In this document: piece after piece, positions 61,100 through 64,000 of the stretch
Layout of the letters: every line of letters starts with the position of its first letter
How positions within the stretch are numbered: the stretch's first letter is position 1
Assembly (NCBI RefSeq): GCF_004010195.1
Contig: NC_057718.1
Coordinates: 64,083,110 to 64,147,109 of the forward strand
From: Chiloscyllium plagiosum
Lineage: Eukaryota
Direction of reading: 5' to 3'
DNA: 64,000 nucleotides
The notes under the pieces: model-generated
What the model was told of the DNA's origin: nothing
Seen by the model: the letters and a program-made list of their open reading frames with translations, nothing else
Database searches by the model: none
Position numbers and translations under genes: made by a program

Positions 61100-63020
61100 G
61101 ACAATCTCATACTACGGTATTTGTTTATTTTGCCTCCAATTTCAACTCCTCTGTAATTTTCACATCTTTCATTTCTGACACATCCCTTCTTTTCCTTGAC
61201 TTATCTGTCTCCGTTTCAGGGAACAGACTGTCCACTGCCATCCACTACAAGTCCACTGACTCCCATAGCTATCTACACTAAAGCGACCCTAGGTCCTGCA
61301 AGGATTCCAACTCATTCTCCCAATTCCTTCACTGTATTTGTCTACTTTGTATCTGGTCAGATGATACCACCTTCCAAAACAGCGCTGCAAAAATGGCTTC
61401 CTTAGACCATAAGACATAGGAGCTGAAATTAGGCCATTCAGCCAATCAAGTCTGCTCTGCCATCCCATCATGGCTGATTTGTTTCTTAACCCCATTCTCC
61501 TGTTTTCTCCCTCTAACTCTTGATCCCCTTAACAATCAAGAACCTAACTATCTCTGTCTTAAATATACTCAATGATGTGGCCTCCAGAGCCTTCTGTGGC
61601 AGTGAATTCCACAGATTCACCACTCTCTGGCTGAAGATGTTTCTCTTTATCTCCATTCTAAAAGGTCTTCCCTTTACTCTAATGCTGTGGCCTCAGGTCC
61701 TGGTCTCTCCTACCAATAGCAACATTTCCCCAACATCCACTCTGTCCAGACCATTCAGTATTCTTCCAGAATTGTGGTTTCCCGCCCACTGCAGTTGATA
61801 GGGTCCTTAACTGCATCTGACCTATCACCTGTGCTTTCACCCTTGCCCCTCCCCATGACTCAGAACAGTGTGATCAGGTTCCCCCTTGTGCTCACTTTTC
61901 ACCCTACCAGCATCTGCATTCAAAAGATCAAAATCTGCCATTTCAGACAACTCTAGCAGAATCCCACCACTAACACATCTTCCCCTCACTCCTTCTGTCT
62001 GCATTTCACAGGGATCATTCCCTCTGGGACACCCTAGTCCATTCCTCGACCACCATCACCAGCCCCTCTTCTCATGCCCCTACCCATGTAACTGCAGAAG
62101 TTGCAACCCCTGCCCCTTCACCTAGTCCCTGCTCATCATTCAAAGGGCCTAAACAGTCTTTCCAGTTGAAAGTTATAAACCACACAACACCAACAGGTTT
62201 ATTTGGAAGCATAGCTTGCGGAGCGCCGCTCCTTCACCAGGAGGCTCTTCATCACAACCACTTGATGAAGGAGCGGCACTCAAAAAGCTAGCGTTTCCAA
62301 ATACACCTGTTGGACTATAACCTGGTGTTGTATGATTTTTAAAAACTTTGTCCACCCCAGTCCAACACCAGCCAAGTCATGGTTTCCAGGTGAAGCAGCA
62401 TTTCAATCTTGTGTATTGTATTCACTGCACCCAATGTGGCTTACTCTACATTGGAGAAACTAAACACAAATGGTGACTGCTTTGTAGAACACCTCTGGTT
62501 CATATGTAAGCATGACCCTGACCCTCCCATAGCTGGTCATTTTAACACAGCATCCCGCTCTCATGCTCACTTGTCGAATCATAGCACAAACTGGAGGAGT
62601 AACATCTCATCTTCAAACTAGGCATTTTACAACCTTGTGGGCTCAAAATTGAGTTCAATACCTTCAAATTGTGAACACATTTCTTTCCCTTTCTTTTAGC
62701 TTTGCCTTTTACATTCTGTCTCCCTCAATTCAACTCCCCCCCTTGTGGACAGTCTGTTCTTTCCAGTCTGGCAGTTAGACACATCATTGTTCTGTTATTT
62801 TCACACTACAATCATTTAATCTGAACTATCAACATCCATTCTTCCCCAGCACTCCAACACCCCCTACTCCCACTGTTGTTGCCCCGTCCACAATTTGCCT
62901 TAGCTCTAATGAGAAGTCATCTAGACGTGAAATATTAGCTTTTTTTCTCTGCCTGATGCTGCCTGGCCTGCTATGATCTCCAGCAGTTTTGGTTTTCAGT
63001 TCATATTCCAGCATCTGTGG
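61100..63020 (+). mobile_element. Penelope-like element, 3' half relic, with nested CR1 (about 61404-61762, - strand) and fold-back repeat (62169-62378)
   Basis: PFLDLSVS…HYKSTDSH, PLVLTFHPT, YIGETK…FVEHL…PIAGHFN remnants; terminal repeat as at 13225. Confidence 0.75.
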
Positions 63021-63064
63021 TAATTTGCTCTTAGTTGCTCATCTGAGGTTCTGCTAAGCTAATG

Positions 63065-64000
63065 AGGGCTGAGCAGTAGACGTGATCTATATGGAGCTGA
63101 AAATGTGTTGCTGGAAAAGCGCAGCAGGTCAGGCAGCATCCAGGGAACAGGAGAATCGACGTTTCGGGCATAAGCCTTTCTTCAGGAAACCTCAGTAAGG
63201 CGTTCGACAAGGGTTTCCCATGGGAGACTGGTTAGCAAGGTTAGATCTCATGGAATACAGGGAGAACCAACCATTTGGATACAGAACTGGCTCAAATTTA
63301 GCAGACAGAGGGTGGTGGTGGAGGGTTGTTTTTCAGGTTGGTGGCCTGTGACCAGTGGAGTGCCACAAGGTTCAGTGCTGAGTCGACTACTTTTTGTCAT
63401 TTATATAAATAATTTGGATGTGAGCATAAGAGATATAGTTAGTAAGTTTGCAGATGACACCAAAATTGGAGGTGTAATGGAAGAAGATTACTTCAGATTA
63501 CAATGGGATTTTAATTAGATGGACTAGTGGGCTGAGAAGTGGCAGATGGAGTTTAATTTAGATAAATGCGAGATGCTGCATTTTGGGAACGCAAATCTTA
63601 GCAGGACTTATACACTTAATGGTAAGGTCCTAGGGAGTGTTGCTGAACAAAGAGTGCAGGTTCACAGTTCCTTGAAAGTAGAGCCACAGGTAGATAGGAT
63701 AGTGAAGAAGGCATTTGGTATGCTTTCCTTTATTGGTCAGAGTATTGACTACAGGAGTTGGGAGGTCATGTTATGGCTGTACAGGACATTGGTTAGGGCA
63801 CTTTTGGAATATTGCATGCAATTTTGGTCTCCTTCCTATCGGAAGGGTGTTGTGAAAGTTGAAACAGTTCAGAAAAGATTTCTAAGGATGTTCCAAGGAT
63901 TTGAGCTATAGGGTGAGGTTGTATACCTGGGGCTGTTTTCCCTGGAGCATTGGACGCTGAGGGGTGACCTTATAGAGGTTTATAAAATCATGAGGAGCAT
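63065..64000 (+). mobile_element. CR1 LINE RT region running off the window, with a Penelope terminal-repeat insert at about 63095-63188
   Basis: VTSGVPQGSVL, IVSKFADDTKIGG, LLEYCMQFWSP. Confidence 0.93.
63155..63186 (-). ncRNA. Minimal hammerhead core
   Basis: - strand CUGAAGA-aaGGC-uuau-GCCc-GAAA-CGUC. Confidence 0.55.

Overview
Vertebrate nuclear DNA, most likely from a shark or ray, judged from HE1-type tRNA-derived SINEs and HER1/CR1 LINEs recognised from memory. The window is repeat-rich and has two assembly gaps. Most ORFs in the supplied track are chance ORFs or LINE relics. Reading splice signals by hand gives two spliced genes arranged tail to tail. (1) A + strand gene has its last three coding exons at 2874-2948, 4968-5007 and 7072-7115. 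Its C-terminal helix resembles, from memory only, the fungal DASH/Dam1 subunits Duo1 and Dad2. (2) A - strand gene has five phase-compatible exons (26505 down to 7728, about 180 aa, possibly C9orf153-like) and may have more upstream exons. The rest is transposon-derived: many CR1 fragments, SINEs, a relatively well-preserved Tx1/L1-clade LINE lacking most of its endonuclease, and Penelope-like elements whose terminal repeats carry minimal hammerhead-ribozyme cores. There are also Tigger/pogo-like TIR elements, solo LTRs, a Gypsy pol relic, an RTE relic and several short locally templated duplications. No rRNA, true tRNA or CRISPR array was seen. All homology calls come from recalled motifs and need database confirmation. 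Repeat boundaries are approximate.
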